Shown here: in pieces, positions 37,456 to 49,134 of the stretch
How the letters are laid out: each line of letters begins with the position of its first letter
Position numbering within the stretch: the stretch's first letter is position 1
NCBI GenBank assembly: GCA_038087875.1
Contig: CM075979.1
Span: 58,900,001-58,964,000 of the forward strand
Reading direction: 5' to 3'
Origin: Malacoraja senta
Taxonomy: Eukaryota
DNA: 64,000 nucleotides
Translations under genes and position numbers: made by a program
Notes under the pieces: generated by a model
Database searches by the model: none
What the model saw: only the letters and a program-made list of their open reading frames with translations
What the model was told of the DNA's origin: nothing

Positions 37456-37770
37456 CTAGATGGTTTCAAATGAGAAAGCAAAACTACAAATGATGACAAT
37501 CTGAAATAAAAGATAAGAGACCCATTTTAACACCCAGACAGGAAATTATAGATTTAATATCGGATTGGGTGTGCCATTTTTGATCTCCTTTGATTTTGCT
37601 ATTTAATAAAGTTCCCTTTAATAAAACTAAATTACTGCTGGTCACATTTCATTTTGTTACCTAAGTTTCAGTCATATAATAGATTTCTTAATACTTGATC
37701 CAAACGTTTCTACAGCAGGGTGAAGCTTATTTTAATTCCCTTCCAACTAATCCAGGAAGTTCATTGAACT

Positions 37771-37866
37771 GTACACAAAAATGCTGGAGAAACTCAGCGG
37801 GTGCAGCAGCATCTATGGAGCGAAGGAAATAGGCAACTTTTCGGGCCGAAACCCTTCTTCAGACTA
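37771..37866 (-). mobile_element. 96-bp Penelope pLTR/hammerhead insertion
   Basis: Reverse complement AGTCTGAAGAAGGGTTTCGGCCCGAAAAGTTGCC...TGTGTAC; TSD ATTGAACT at 37763-37770 / 37867-37874. Confidence 0.88.
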
Positions 37867-38302
37867 ATTGAACTAATGGCAGAAGTGCAAAACTCTCAAC
37901 AATTTATTTCATAGATTGCTGGACCAAAAACTAGCACTTATGTACTGTAGGTGTTAAGAAGTAAAACCATATTGAAAATATCTAGTGATTTTCTGACATT
38001 CAAAATATCTCTCAGTCAATAGTAAATTGAACATTTCTTCACATAAATATTTCATTCACCATTCAATATAATCATTGGTTTAATTGCCTTTGTCCTTCAG
38101 CCACTTTTTACACTGAGACAAGCACATTTGAGGAGGGGGGGGGGGGGAGGAACATGAAAATTAAACATGCTAAAAGTTTGCTGTGTTTATTGGAAAAATA
38201 ACGTTGACTCATAGTTACTATGTGTCATCCTGCTGTATCAGGCAGCACTCAGGAAACCTGTTTAGTTAAGGCAGTTTGGCAATTTTAATATTTTAATCAC
38301 TA

Positions 38303-38658
38303 GAGTCTTTGAGTCGTAGAGTCATACAGCATGGAAACAGGTTATTTGGTCCAACTTGCCCACACCAAGCAACATGTTCAATCTACACTAGTCCCACCTG
38401 TGTGCGTTTGGCCCATATCCCACTAAACCTGTCCTAAACCTGTGTAAATGTTTCTTAAATGTTGCGATGGCACCTTCCTCAACTACCTCCTCTGGCAGCT
38501 CATTCTATACACTCACCATCCTTTGTGTGAAAAGTTACCCCTGAGGTTCCTACCGAATTTTCCCCCCTCACCTTAAACCTATGTCCTTTGGTTCTCGATT
38601 CCCCTACTCTGGGCATAAGACTCTGTGCTACCTAATCTATTCCTCTCATGATTTTGTG
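38303..38658 (-). mobile_element. CR1 3' fragment
   Basis: Homologous to 28395-28750. Confidence 0.85.
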
Positions 38659-38713
38659 ATGTGAGCAAGAATTTATGATTTATATTCAGGACGCACAGTT
38701 TGTCTATATTTCT

Positions 38714-39833
38714 TAGCAATGTTACAACATTTTGAGATTTTAAAAATCAAGTCTGCAATTTATCCCATCAGATAAAGCATAAAAATAAGTTTAATTTGAC
38801 ACCTAATTCACTTTCATATCTTCAGTATTAAAAAACATGGCCATTTTCATACTCGGAAATTAGCATCTTGTTCCCTATTGCTTTTCCATTGACTTAACAC
38901 AAAAGCTGTGATCGAGGACAGTCAAAAGCCCATAACTTTCTTAAAAATTAAGAGAACTGAAAGAAATTTTCAGTTATTATAGATTGAAGTATTCTGAAAC
39001 AAATATGAAAAAATCTTACTTGGTTGACCTGAAATTAAAGCTTATAATTAGTTAGTTACCCAATTGTAGCTAATTACAAAATTCAATTACTAGATCTAAA
39101 CATCTATCCATTTCTTAAGAAAATATTAACATTTTTAAATAGCCTAAGTGTCCAAATAACCTTCACACAAGAATTCACAATATAACATGATTTTTAAATC
39201 TCATTGTCATGAATTTATAGGCCAAATGCAAAGCAAGAATTTCATTGTCCTATCAGGGACACATGACAATAAACTCACTTGAACTTGAACTTGAACTTGA
39301 ACTTGAAATGGAAGGAATTGAGTGTTTAATTCCCGTAAATTAATGGCCATTTAAATCATCTTGCGAGTGGGATTTTGTGGAACGCGATCGTTTGGAACGT
39401 TGCGGTTGTGGTGAATTTAAACCCCATATCGGCAGGAAAAATACTGCCGGTTCGTATATTTGCATAATCACCTTTTCGCAACGTAAAATTTTGATTAAAG
39501 GCATCCTAAGAAGCACGTTTATATGTAAAATAAACGGCTTTCCTTTACCTGTCCCGTGCGTGAAATCCGTCCCCGTTGTCGGCGTTCACGGCATTAGAAG
39601 CTGATTTTCATTTTACTCCAGCCGAAATGGTCCAGCGATTAAAAAAAAAAAAATCACAGAACGGCCGTCGGAACAAATCTTCAGCAAAACCTTGCACCCC
39701 GAAAAAATATATCGAGGACAAGTAAGAGAAAAAACGCATTTTACCCCCCCCCCCCCGTTAAGGCGCCAAAGTCGCGCACACGGCCAGTGACAGAACTGCA
39801 GCGCCACTGAAGGTAAGTTTTGTAACATACCTA
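38714..39833. mobile_element. Unclassified non-autonomous TIR DNA transposon
   Basis: Imperfect TIRs TAGCAATGTTACAACATTT / AAGTTTTGTAACATACCTA; TATTTCT direct repeat at 38707-38713 / 39834-39840. Confidence 0.65.
39229..39305 (+). mobile_element. Isolated Rex/Babar 3' tail inserted in the TIR element
   Basis: CAAAGCAAGAATTTCATTGTCCTATCAGGGACACATGACAATAAA + (CTTGAA)n, nearly identical to 27037-27110; AAATG on both sides. Confidence 0.8.
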
Positions 39834-40063
39834 TATTTCTCAGAATGCACTTCTAAAACAAAGTAGAAAGTACAATGGCATTGAATAAGTGGTGTGTCAA
39901 GTTGACTGGCATATCTGAGAATAAGCATTACAATCTCATATATGTTTTGTTCAGTTGATTCTGTGAAAGGGTATTCTCAAGTAAGTTGCTTGTATTAACT
40001 GTATGGAGCCATGTTGTTGGATTGCGCTAACTTTGTGAATATTGCTGTTCAGTTTCAATACCA

Positions 40064-40374
40064 TGGTGGCGCAGCAGGGGAGTTGCTGCCTTATAGCGCT
40101 TACAGTGCCAGTGACGCAGGTTCGATCCCAACTACGGGTGCTGTCTGTTCTCCCCATGACCGCGTGGGTTTTCTCCGAGATCTTCGGTTTCCTCCCACAC
40201 TCCAAAGACCTAGAGATTTGTATGTTAATTGGCTTGGTATAAATTTAAATTGTTAATTGTCTCAAGTGTGTGTAGGATAGTGTTAATGTGCAGGGATCGC
40301 TAGTTGGTGCGGACTAGATGGGCCGAAGGGTCTGTTTCCGCGCTGTATCACTAAACTAAAAAAACTAAACTAAA
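40064..40374 (+). mobile_element. tRNA-derived SINE (HE1/V-SINE-like)
   Basis: A-box-like GGTGGCGCAGCAGG, B-box GGTTCGATCCC, V-domain GCGTGGGTTTTCTCCGAG..GGTTTCCTCCCACA, CR1-like 3' end and (CTAAA)n. Confidence 0.88.
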
Positions 40375-40689
40375 TCACTGTTTGCTTGGCCATGGCACTT
40401 TGCAGCCCTTAAGTCATTGACTAGTGTTTCTGCTGTGATACCTAGAGTGGAAGCACGATTGAGACCAACAGGACTTGTACTAACAGCAGACTGCTCATGG
40501 GAGAGTTGGTTATCGGAGTGATCCACACCCTGAACCCAGAGTCTACAGGCAGAGCCTGTGTTTCCTTGTCATGCCTCAGCATTAGTGTCTCAAGAGATTT
40601 TATAGGTTTTATGGAGTAAGGTCTGGCATCTCCCAAACTAGTGGTGGTGAAAATAACCATTGTTTCAAACTTATACACCTTGGGAAGCC

Positions 40690-40955
40690 TAACATAAGAA
40701 CATAAGAAATGGAAACAACAGAAGGCCCCTTAAGCCTGCTCAACCGATCAATAAGTACACAATTGATCTTCCAGAGATTCACAACTCTTCAAATGAGGAA
40801 ATCTTTTCTCATCTCACTCCTACCTGGCTGATCCCATATCCTGTGATAGTGTCTCAACAATTCAATTTGAGGAAAAGCTTTTTATCCTCTCGAGATGCCT
40901 CCAATTGTCTCATAATCCTACAAGCTCCAATAAGTAAGACAATACCAGTCAGGCG
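40690..40955 (-). mobile_element. Old CR1 3' fragment
   Basis: (AACATAAG)n tail; TTCCAGAGATTCACAACTCT. Confidence 0.55.
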
Positions 40956-41288
40956 ATAGACAGTCAAACCCTTTTTCTCAGGATGGAAACACCAAACACT
41001 AGAGGGCACAACTTTAAAGTGAGAGGGACAAAGTTTAAAGGAGATGTGTGGGGCAAGTTTTCGTACACACACAAGATGATGAGTGAGTGGAATATGCTGC
41101 TTGGGGTGGTGGTGGAGGCAGATATGATAGTAGCATTTAGGACATTTTAGATAGGCATATCATGTGCAGGGGATGGAGGGACATGGAATATGTGCAGTCA
41201 GATAACAGTTGCTCTTGCCATTATGTTCTGCACAGACATTGTGGGCTAAAGGACCTATTCTTGTGATGTATTGTTCTATGTTCCATGT
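40956..41288 (+). mobile_element. CR1 3' fragment
   Basis: ACTAGAGGGCACAACTTTAAAGTGAGAGG...GTGGGCTAAAGGACCTATTCTTGTGATGTATTGTTCTATG. Confidence 0.75.
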
Positions 41289-43169
41289 TGCCACTCACTT
41301 ATTCTGATGGAAAGTCCACTAACCAGAAATTAGTCCAATGAATATATGCTGAATATCTCAGCCAAAGACTTTTCATCCTGTGCAATATTCACAGATGAAC
41401 TATAATTATTTCTTTACTTTCTGGGGTCCCCCCATCCTTAATCTACTCACATCCTGAAGCAGACTTGGGAGCAAGCTGTCTGGACATTAGGTATACATTT
41501 AACAAGCTGGTTGACTTCCCAAATGATGAACCCTAGCATTAGATCCGGGAATTAAACAGCTACAATCACCAGCCCACAGGAAATTTCATGAGGCAAGAGG
41601 AAAACTCGCCAGTGGTCTTTGAGTTCACTTGGTATATTAGCAAGGGTTGTGGATATAAGCCAGACTGGGAGAAAGAGGAGAAAGAGCGTGAGAAGGACAA
41701 AGATGGTTCTGGAGGAATGGACGTGTACATTATGTAAAGTTAAAAGTTGGGCTTCAGGTTTGTGCCATCAAATGCCCACACTTCCACCAACACAAACCAC
41801 CCCTGCAAGCAGCTATGGAATCCTAGCCCACAGCCTACCGATTTTTCCACCAACTCTTTTGCAGTACATACATAAAGAGCTCACTTTCCAATCGCCAGGA
41901 ATGAATTTTTCCAGCACTGAATTTGGTATTAGAACACATTTTTATCTGAGTCTAAATAATGAAACAATCTAACAGTGCTTAAAGCATCCTCATGAATGTC
42001 CCTCTTTAAATGCCAATATGGACTCTTGCTCTGGTAGAATTCCAATGTAGTTCATCCCCTGTGGCTACACCTGAGATGCAAGCAGGGTGTTCAGGTTCTT
42101 TGGCCAGATTCGTTGGGCTTTAGAGCCTGTGAGTTGGGCTGGTGTAAGGTCAGATGTGCCAGAGTAGGCTGAGGGAATACAGAGTCATCTACACAGCACT
42201 ACATATGCATGTTCTGCTGAGTGTTTGCATTGCCTGATCTAGAAGTCAAGGGATCGGAGAACAATGGCTCACATTCCTGCTGCTCATTTCTATTGGAAAC
42301 TCCAATCGTGCCATTTTGATGTTGCTCCCTTCTCCCAGTCGAGTGGAATATATGTAACGGTGAACTGAGGTAGCTTTTCACTGTACCTCAGTATCAGTAC
42401 ACGTGACAATAAACTAAATTAAACTAAACTGGTATGTGGTCAAATAAGAGTGGCCAAATATGATGGTCAGCCATTGCCATCTGCAGCCTAATATTTCCAG
42501 TTCTTCTTTCTCTTTGACCCATTCAAATCTACAATATACCCTGTGTGTAATATGCCTTTAAATACTGTAGCTGAAGCTCGATTGCATGCATTGTCATCGT
42601 ACCTCTTCAGTATAATTGATTGAGAAAACCACAAACAACATATTAATACCATGGCTGCACTAAAATGATTCTGACAAGTGCTCCAGTAAATTTCAGGTGT
42701 CCTGCTTCCTGCCTTCCACACCCACTCACCACCCTGCAGCTAGTATGGTGAAATAATAATATTCCCCTCACATCAACTGTTGAACTCCCCCAGGATGTCA
42801 AACATACTCTCATTAAATCTAGTGGCATGAAAAGACACGTCCTTCAAATAGGCTCTCAGCTTTGCCATGGGTATGCAAGACCGTCAGGTCTATTAATCTC
42901 ATAAAGATATCGAGAAATCTCAGAGAGAAATAGTACTTTTGTTTCATGTGCCAGTATGAGATGCATTGTCCCAGGAAATGTAGGTTAGATATGTAAGTTA
43001 TTGAAATACGAGTGATTGCTTAGTCATAATAGTCCTTTAATTTACTTCACCAAAGGTTGCTCAGAAACTGTGATAAAGATTTTAATGGATCTATTACACT
43101 CTGTGCGCCTTGTCCACTTGACTAAAAGTTTTCACAGTATTTTTATATTGTTTCCAGCCTTCCGTTTTT

Positions 43170-43560
43170 TAATTTAGTGTAGTTTAGTTTATTGTCGTGT
43201 GTTCCGAGGTACAGTGAAAATTTGTTATCACGTGCAAACCAGTCAGTGGAAAGAGAATATATGATTACAATTGAGCTTTCCGCAGTATACAGATACACGA
43301 TAAAGGGAACAATGCAAGGGAACAGTTGATGTGAAGGGATAAAGGGAACAATGCAAATAACTTTTAGTGCAAGATAAAGTCGAGTAAAGCCCAGTCAAAG
43401 ATGGTCCGGGGGTCTCCATTGAGGTAGATAGAAGCTCAGGATTGCTCTCTAGTTGTTGGTGGGATGATTCAATTGCCTGATAACAGCTGAGAAGAAACTG
43501 TCCCTTAATCTGAAGTGTGCATTTACACATTTCTATACCATTTGCCTGATGGGAGAGGGG
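43170..43560 (-). mobile_element. Rex1/Babar 3' fragment
   Basis: Antisense reads GACAGTTTCTTCTCAGCTGTTATCAGGCAATTGAA (DSFFSAVIRQLN); tail TTTCACTGTACCTCGGAACACACGACAATAAACTAAAC. Confidence 0.75.
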
Positions 43561-44079
43561 TGCCACACAGTCTCATCTTTACACCCTTATTTCAATCATT
43601 TGCTCCTCGGCAGATGTAGACAAGAATCCGTGAGACATTCTTGCTTATAACTCATTCCACATTATTTCTGTGACTGTCATTGAATGGCAGAGTTGTACAT
43701 CGGATATAGAAGGTTCTTCAGCCCATCAGGCCCATGCTAGTCCATGAGGTTGGAGGAGACATCAATGGTACCCTTCTTCTTTGTGCTCTTATTGCCCGCC
43801 TTCTTTCAAAGAACACATCAGAAATAAGATTTGCTTACCTTTGTAACATGTGTAAACATTTCAGGTGAAGAATTACAGTTTCACAACCATCCTGAACTGT
43901 AAGTGAGAACCTTGAGAAGGACGAGGTTATGGATGGAAATGACTTTGGATTGCAACTGCTTCACATTGGCAGGCAGTATTCCTGCGGGAATAAATCACGA
44001 CTGTGTCCTTTTGGCCCATTCCCTCCCCTCAGGATTATTGCCTCCTTTATTCCCAGGCCTATTATGATCTGCCAAATGG

Positions 44080-44285
44080 CTGAGGGAACTCAGTGGGTTA
44101 GGCAGCATCTGTAGAGGGAATTTGCAGGCGGCGTTTCAGGTCAGGGCCCTTCTTCAAACTAATTATAGCAGTCCCTCCCAAAACATTGTCTGTCCATTCC
44201 CTCCACAGATGCTGCCTGACCTGATGAGTTCCTCCAGCACTTACCTTTTGCTGAAGATTCCAGTGTTTACAGTTCCTTGCACCTT
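44080..44285. mobile_element. Older inverted Penelope pLTR pair
   Basis: GGCAGCATCTGTAGAGGGAA...CCCTTCTTCA and CATTCCCTCCACAGATGCTGCCTGACCTGATGAGTTCCTCCAGCA are inverted arms. Confidence 0.7.
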
Positions 44286-44423
44286 TACTATGATCTCTCA
44301 CTTTCTGGTTCCAGGATGCGTGGAGATTTGGCTGAGCAGGAAAGAACCGAAAAGGACTAAGGATTTGAGCACCACCCTCCCTGTGATAGATCGATAAAAT
44401 GAAACTGGGTCTCAATTTGACAT

Positions 44424-44520
44424 CAATCTGAAGAAGGGTTTCGGCCCGAAACGTTACCTATTTCCTTCGCTCCATAGATGCTGCTGCACCCGCTGAGTTT
44501 CTCCAGCATTTTTGTGTACC
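44424..44520 (+). mobile_element. 97-bp Penelope pLTR/hammerhead insertion
   Basis: CTGAAGAAGGGTTTCGGCCCGAAACGTT; 13-bp TSD CTCAATTTGACAT at 44411-44423 / 44521-44533. Confidence 0.9.
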
Positions 44521-44737
44521 CTCAATTTGACATATTGCCTCACCTCTGCCAAAACGTCACCAATTTCAGAGAATACCCTGGAGTAAAACCCAGCCTTGCA
44601 TTCCTTTAGACAATAGATGACAGTGAAATAAGTTAAATATGGAAGCAGAGTGTAATTGGAGTCGTCTTTCCTCGTTCTATTTATAGTTGATCTTGCACAA
44701 TCTTTCAGGTTGGAATATATTATTTTATAATACTTAA

Positions 44738-44980
44738 GGGCAGCACAGTGGTGGTAGAATTGCTGCCCTTCAGGAACAGTGTTCGATCCCAACTATGGGT
44801 GCTCTCTACGGAGTTTGTACATTCTCCTAGTGACCGTGTGGTTTTTCACCGGGTACTCTGGCTTCTTCCCACATTCCAACGACGTACAGGTTTGTAGGTT
44901 AATTGGCTTCTGTAAATTGTAAATTGGCTGGTCAGCACAGACTCGGTGGGCCGAAGGGCTTATTTCCACGCTGCATCGTT
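44738..44980 (+). mobile_element. tRNA-derived SINE (HE1/V-SINE-like)
   Basis: GGGCAGCACAGTGG head, GTTCGATCCC, V-domain, GTGGGCCGAAGGG 3' end. Confidence 0.8.
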
Positions 44981-46978
44981 AAAGTGAGATTAAAGTGAGA
45001 CTTTCAAAATACATCGTGTGTTGCCTGGACACAGTGAGCTAAACTGTACAATCATTTTCTGCTACTTTTCACCAGATCATCATTGCTTGGTTTCAGCGAA
45101 ATTCACAGAAGTGAATAAAAATAGTTTTGCCCATTGTGCCTATACTCTGGTTTAAACAATAAACATTTTTCACTAACCCGTTTGGTTTTGAATCAAGGAG
45201 CTTTGAAAGCGATCAGAATAATTACATATTTTCTGTCACAATGGTGTTGAGTTACTGCCGCAATGTAATGTTTCAAAATAGTCTACATCCTATATAGTAC
45301 AATAGTAAAGAAGAATCACCAGAAGACATTGATGAAATTCTTTAATTGGGGGAAATAGCTGCCATTACAATTAAGTCTTCCAGCCTGCATTTCTGTGTTC
45401 ATTAGTGGAGCTAAAAGAGCTGATTCAGCACACACTATTAATAACAGCATTGCATGCAGAGAAAAGAATAAGCTCTGGGTTTAGAAAATAGCACATTCAA
45501 TCAACGCCAAACAATGACATTTTAATGGGAAGGTTTTCCATGTGAGTGCCTTGTAAAAACAGTCCAACTCCAAGTCTCCAGATAGACTATTTGCAGCTAG
45601 AAGGTAAATTACTTGCTTATGGCAATGGCAAAATATGTCTAATGGGCATTGGCAGAAGCTGGTTACTATCTAAACCAGTGTCTCATCCAGCTGACCATTC
45701 GATGGATAAGATAATCTTTATATAAATCAACTAACTTGAGCTGTCTGGGTACTGTCTGCGATTGGTAACATTAAATAGACAGGAGTATCTTTCTCACCGA
45801 CAGTGCAGAGACATACTTTGTTCTCAGTCTGAGCAGACAAAGTTTGTTGATGGGCATATTCTATGCTTCAAAGCTAATGAAAACAATAGATAATTTTTGT
45901 TTTGTTTAAAGTTATTGACAAACCAAACTATAGCAGTGTGTATGGACAATGTATATGTTTCTCACACTACATGGCTCTCGGGCATACCCATTGCTTTGAT
46001 GGTCTCCACTCTGAATTCAAGCAAAATGCCATTTGAAACAAGAGCTGTGTGAGTAATGATAGGCATTGTGTGAGTTGTTTTGAAGAACCAGTGATGTATT
46101 TCAAACATTCAAACAGATTATATAAGGAGATGCCAATATAAATCCAGAAATCAATGTTTGTACACTATTTGGAACCTTAAAAGAGGAGTAACACACTCAG
46201 CTCATAGCTCCTGTCCTGCCATTCAAATCGTTATCTTACCTCAAGTATAGTTTCCACAATCATAATATAATTTTCCAGCCAACAAAAACGCTTTCAAAAG
46301 GAGGGTATGGGGAGAAAGGACACAGGGGTGTTGTTAAAGGTTATCTAAAATTGGAGAATTTAATTTTCAAACGTTTGGACTGTAAGCTCATCTCATGTTC
46401 CAATTGGATAGCTCACAACACAATGGTATTAACATTGAATTCTCCAGTTTTAGGTTACCCCCAACAACCACTCCTCCTTTATCTCAGTACTGTTAAGGTC
46501 TGTTAAGGCCGAGGATCCACAAACCTGTCTGCATCGATGGGACGGTGGTGGAGAGAGTAAAAAAATATCTAATTCCTGGGCGATGTAGTATGTCAATGAA
46601 TACTCTCTTGTACCTCTACAGGTGTACAGTAGGCAGCAGATTAACTGGTTGCATCACAGCCTGTGTCGGTAACTCAATCGCCCAGGAACAAAGAAGATTG
46701 CAAAATGTGGTGCTGACCTCCCCACTATCGAAGGGATCTACAGGAGTCACTGTCTCAAAAAGGCAGCCAGTAATGTTAGGGACACACACCGCCCTGGCCA
46801 AACTCTCATTTCACTCCTGCCACAGGGAAGAAGGTTTAGGAACCTGAAAACTGCAATGTCCAGGTTCAGGAGCAGTTTCCTCCCTACAACCATCAAGCTA
46901 TTAAACACTACAACCTCAAAATAGGCTCTGAACTACATAGACTTGGGGGTATTGTTTTTGTTTTTGCACTATTATTGA

Positions 46979-49057
46979 TTTTACTTCGGAGTCACGTGAG
47001 TGACTACGTGAAGAAGACCCGTCAGGGCGCATGCGCGTCATTACGTCGGTCGCATTGGCGCAGACAGGCTGGGAGGATCAAAGTTCTCCAGCGGTAAGTT
47101 TGAAAAATCCTACATGTAAGTTTAAACTTACTTTTCAGGTTGTCCGTTGCAGGAATCTTTTTGGACATCGAATTCAGCATAACCCGATGGACCGCGGGGA
47201 AAATGTTGACTGCGGGGATGCCGGCTTCGGATCACGGGAGTGCGGTAGCAGGCGGCCGGTGGGTTTTGCTGGTTGAGTCGCGGACAGAATGGTCCGCGAC
47301 TCCCGAGGGGTTACTACACGACTCATTGAGGCAGGGACCCCGAATTTGGCAGCCCATATGAGTCTAAACTGTGTGGAGCCTGGCCAGGAGGGTCCCCTCT
47401 GTTATATATGTATGTCCTCACACGTGCATTATCCTGATATGGTGCTCCTTATCAGGGCAGGACATCAGGGGATTGCGGCAGCACCTGTGTTTTCAGGGCT
47501 GCTTACCAATTCCCTCAGTGGAGAGGAGTACAAGGGGTCAGTGTGTGGCTGACCCCAACCCCAACTCAGGAAGTGAGATTAGTGGTTTATCACCCTTATG
47601 TGTCTATGGCAGTAGCATTTTCTGCTAATTCTGTGGAGGTTTCAGGTCAAGCTGGCCTTCAAGGAGAATTATAATTCACGCATCCCGGCAGTGCTGCCCT
47701 CCAAATTAAGGACGAACGCAATTTTGGGAAGCGTTCAAAAGGGTAGACATTATAGTTACCACTTGGTCACATTGTGACTTTCATACCGAGAGAGATGATT
47801 ATCATTTACTCAATTAAGGAAATGGGAAGCCTTGTTGAGCTGTATTATCAGTCACCTGTGGGAGTTACACCAGGTGGCATCTTAGTAATTCTGCTCAATA
47901 AAAGGGACTGTGCACGGTTTCTTCCCCAAGATGCCGGATTATTCATATTAAAAGTAAATAAATCCCAGGTTTAACTGGGATGGGCATCTTCATTCACATA
48001 AATGTCTTTGCCTATGACAAATAACTGTTAAGTTTTGTTCCAGCATTTCCCACTATGTCTGATGTACGGGGGCCAGAGGCACTCCAATTCTTCCCTATAG
48101 ACGGCGTTGGCATCGGGAAGGAGCACGATTTGGAGTCGCTAGCACATGCAGCCTGTTTGGGGGAGGCGGATACCAACAGAGCATCGATTTGCATGGCTAG
48201 TCCTGGCAGCTGCTGTAGGCAGCAACCTGATAACTCCAACTCAGAGTGAGTGCCAAGCCAGGGGTATCAATGTCAGACAACATTGCGTCTCGTTGCAATC
48301 CAACAACACTCCATCGNNNNNNNNNNNNNNNNNNNNNNNNNNNNNNNNNNNNNNNNNNNNNNNNNNNNNNNNNNNNNNNNNNNNNNNNNNNNNNNNNNNN
48401 NNNNNNNNNNNNNNNNNNNNNNNNNNNNNNNNNNNNNNNNNNNNNNNNNNNNNNNNNNNNNNNNNNNNNNNNNNNNNNNNNNNNNNNNNNNNNNNNNNNN
48501 NNNNNNNNNNNNNNNNGGCTGTTTGCAAATTCAGTATTAAGTCCTGTTTAGTTTCCCCTGGGATAGAGGGGTTACTGTTTGTTTTGATTATTCAAATCAA
48601 TTGTTACTGCATGATATTAACATTTCATGTTTAACGCATTATTGATTGTTTCTCATCGAAAGTCAGTCAATGCAGTGAGGTCGGGATTTGGATCTGCGGC
48701 ATAAAATCACAGAGCTTTGAACCCTTCACGTAGTCACTCACTTGACTCCGAAGTAAAATAGTAAGATTAAACGAGAACTTACCAGTTTGAAGTTTGATCT
48801 TTATTTTATGAGGAGTTACGTTGGTGATTACATGCCTGCCACGCCCAACCCTCTCTCATAAAAAAAGGTCATATGGTAGTTCTCATGTTGCTCATCTTAA
48901 TATGTTACTTCAAACATTGTGTTGTCTGTTTCATACCGCTGCTTTGAAGATTGACGCGCAAGCGCCCTGACGGGTCTTCTTCACGTAATCACCAACGTAA
49001 CTCCTCATAAAATAAAGATCAAACTTCAAACTGGTAAGTTCTCGTTTAATCTTACTA
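46979..49057 (+). mobile_element. DIRS1-type tyrosine-recombinase retrotransposon derivative (no intact ORF visible)
   Basis: Left ITR 46979-47040 is inverted to the right ITR from 48952; ICR 48724-48834 is the reverse complement of the joined right-end/left-end; no TSD. Confidence 0.88.
48317..48516. other. Assembly gap (200 N)
   Basis: Run of N. Confidence 1.
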
Positions 49058-49134
49058 TTATATATTAGAATGTCATTGTTCCGTTTTGGGACATATGACA
49101 ATAAAATACTTGATTCCCCCTTGACTCTTGCTCC

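Larger units (their letters stand above)
46520..49130 (+). mobile_element. Rex1/Babar fragment whose 3' UTR is split by a DIRS element
   Basis: LYLYRCTVGSRLTGCITAC, SRFRSSFLPTTIKLLN; tail resumes at ~49058: GTCATTGTTCCGTTTTGGGACATATGACAATAAA. Confidence 0.75.

Noticed and set aside
40064-40140. tRNA gene
   Set aside because: A/B boxes belong to a SINE head followed by a V-domain and LINE tail; no cloverleaf evident.
47094-47138. GT..AG intron-like segment in the DIRS 5' region, containing the palindrome GTAAGTTTAAACTTAC
   Set aside because: 45 nt is below the usual vertebrate minimum intron size and there is no transcript evidence.
48146-48634. ORFs spanning X runs
   Set aside because: Artefacts of the N gap.
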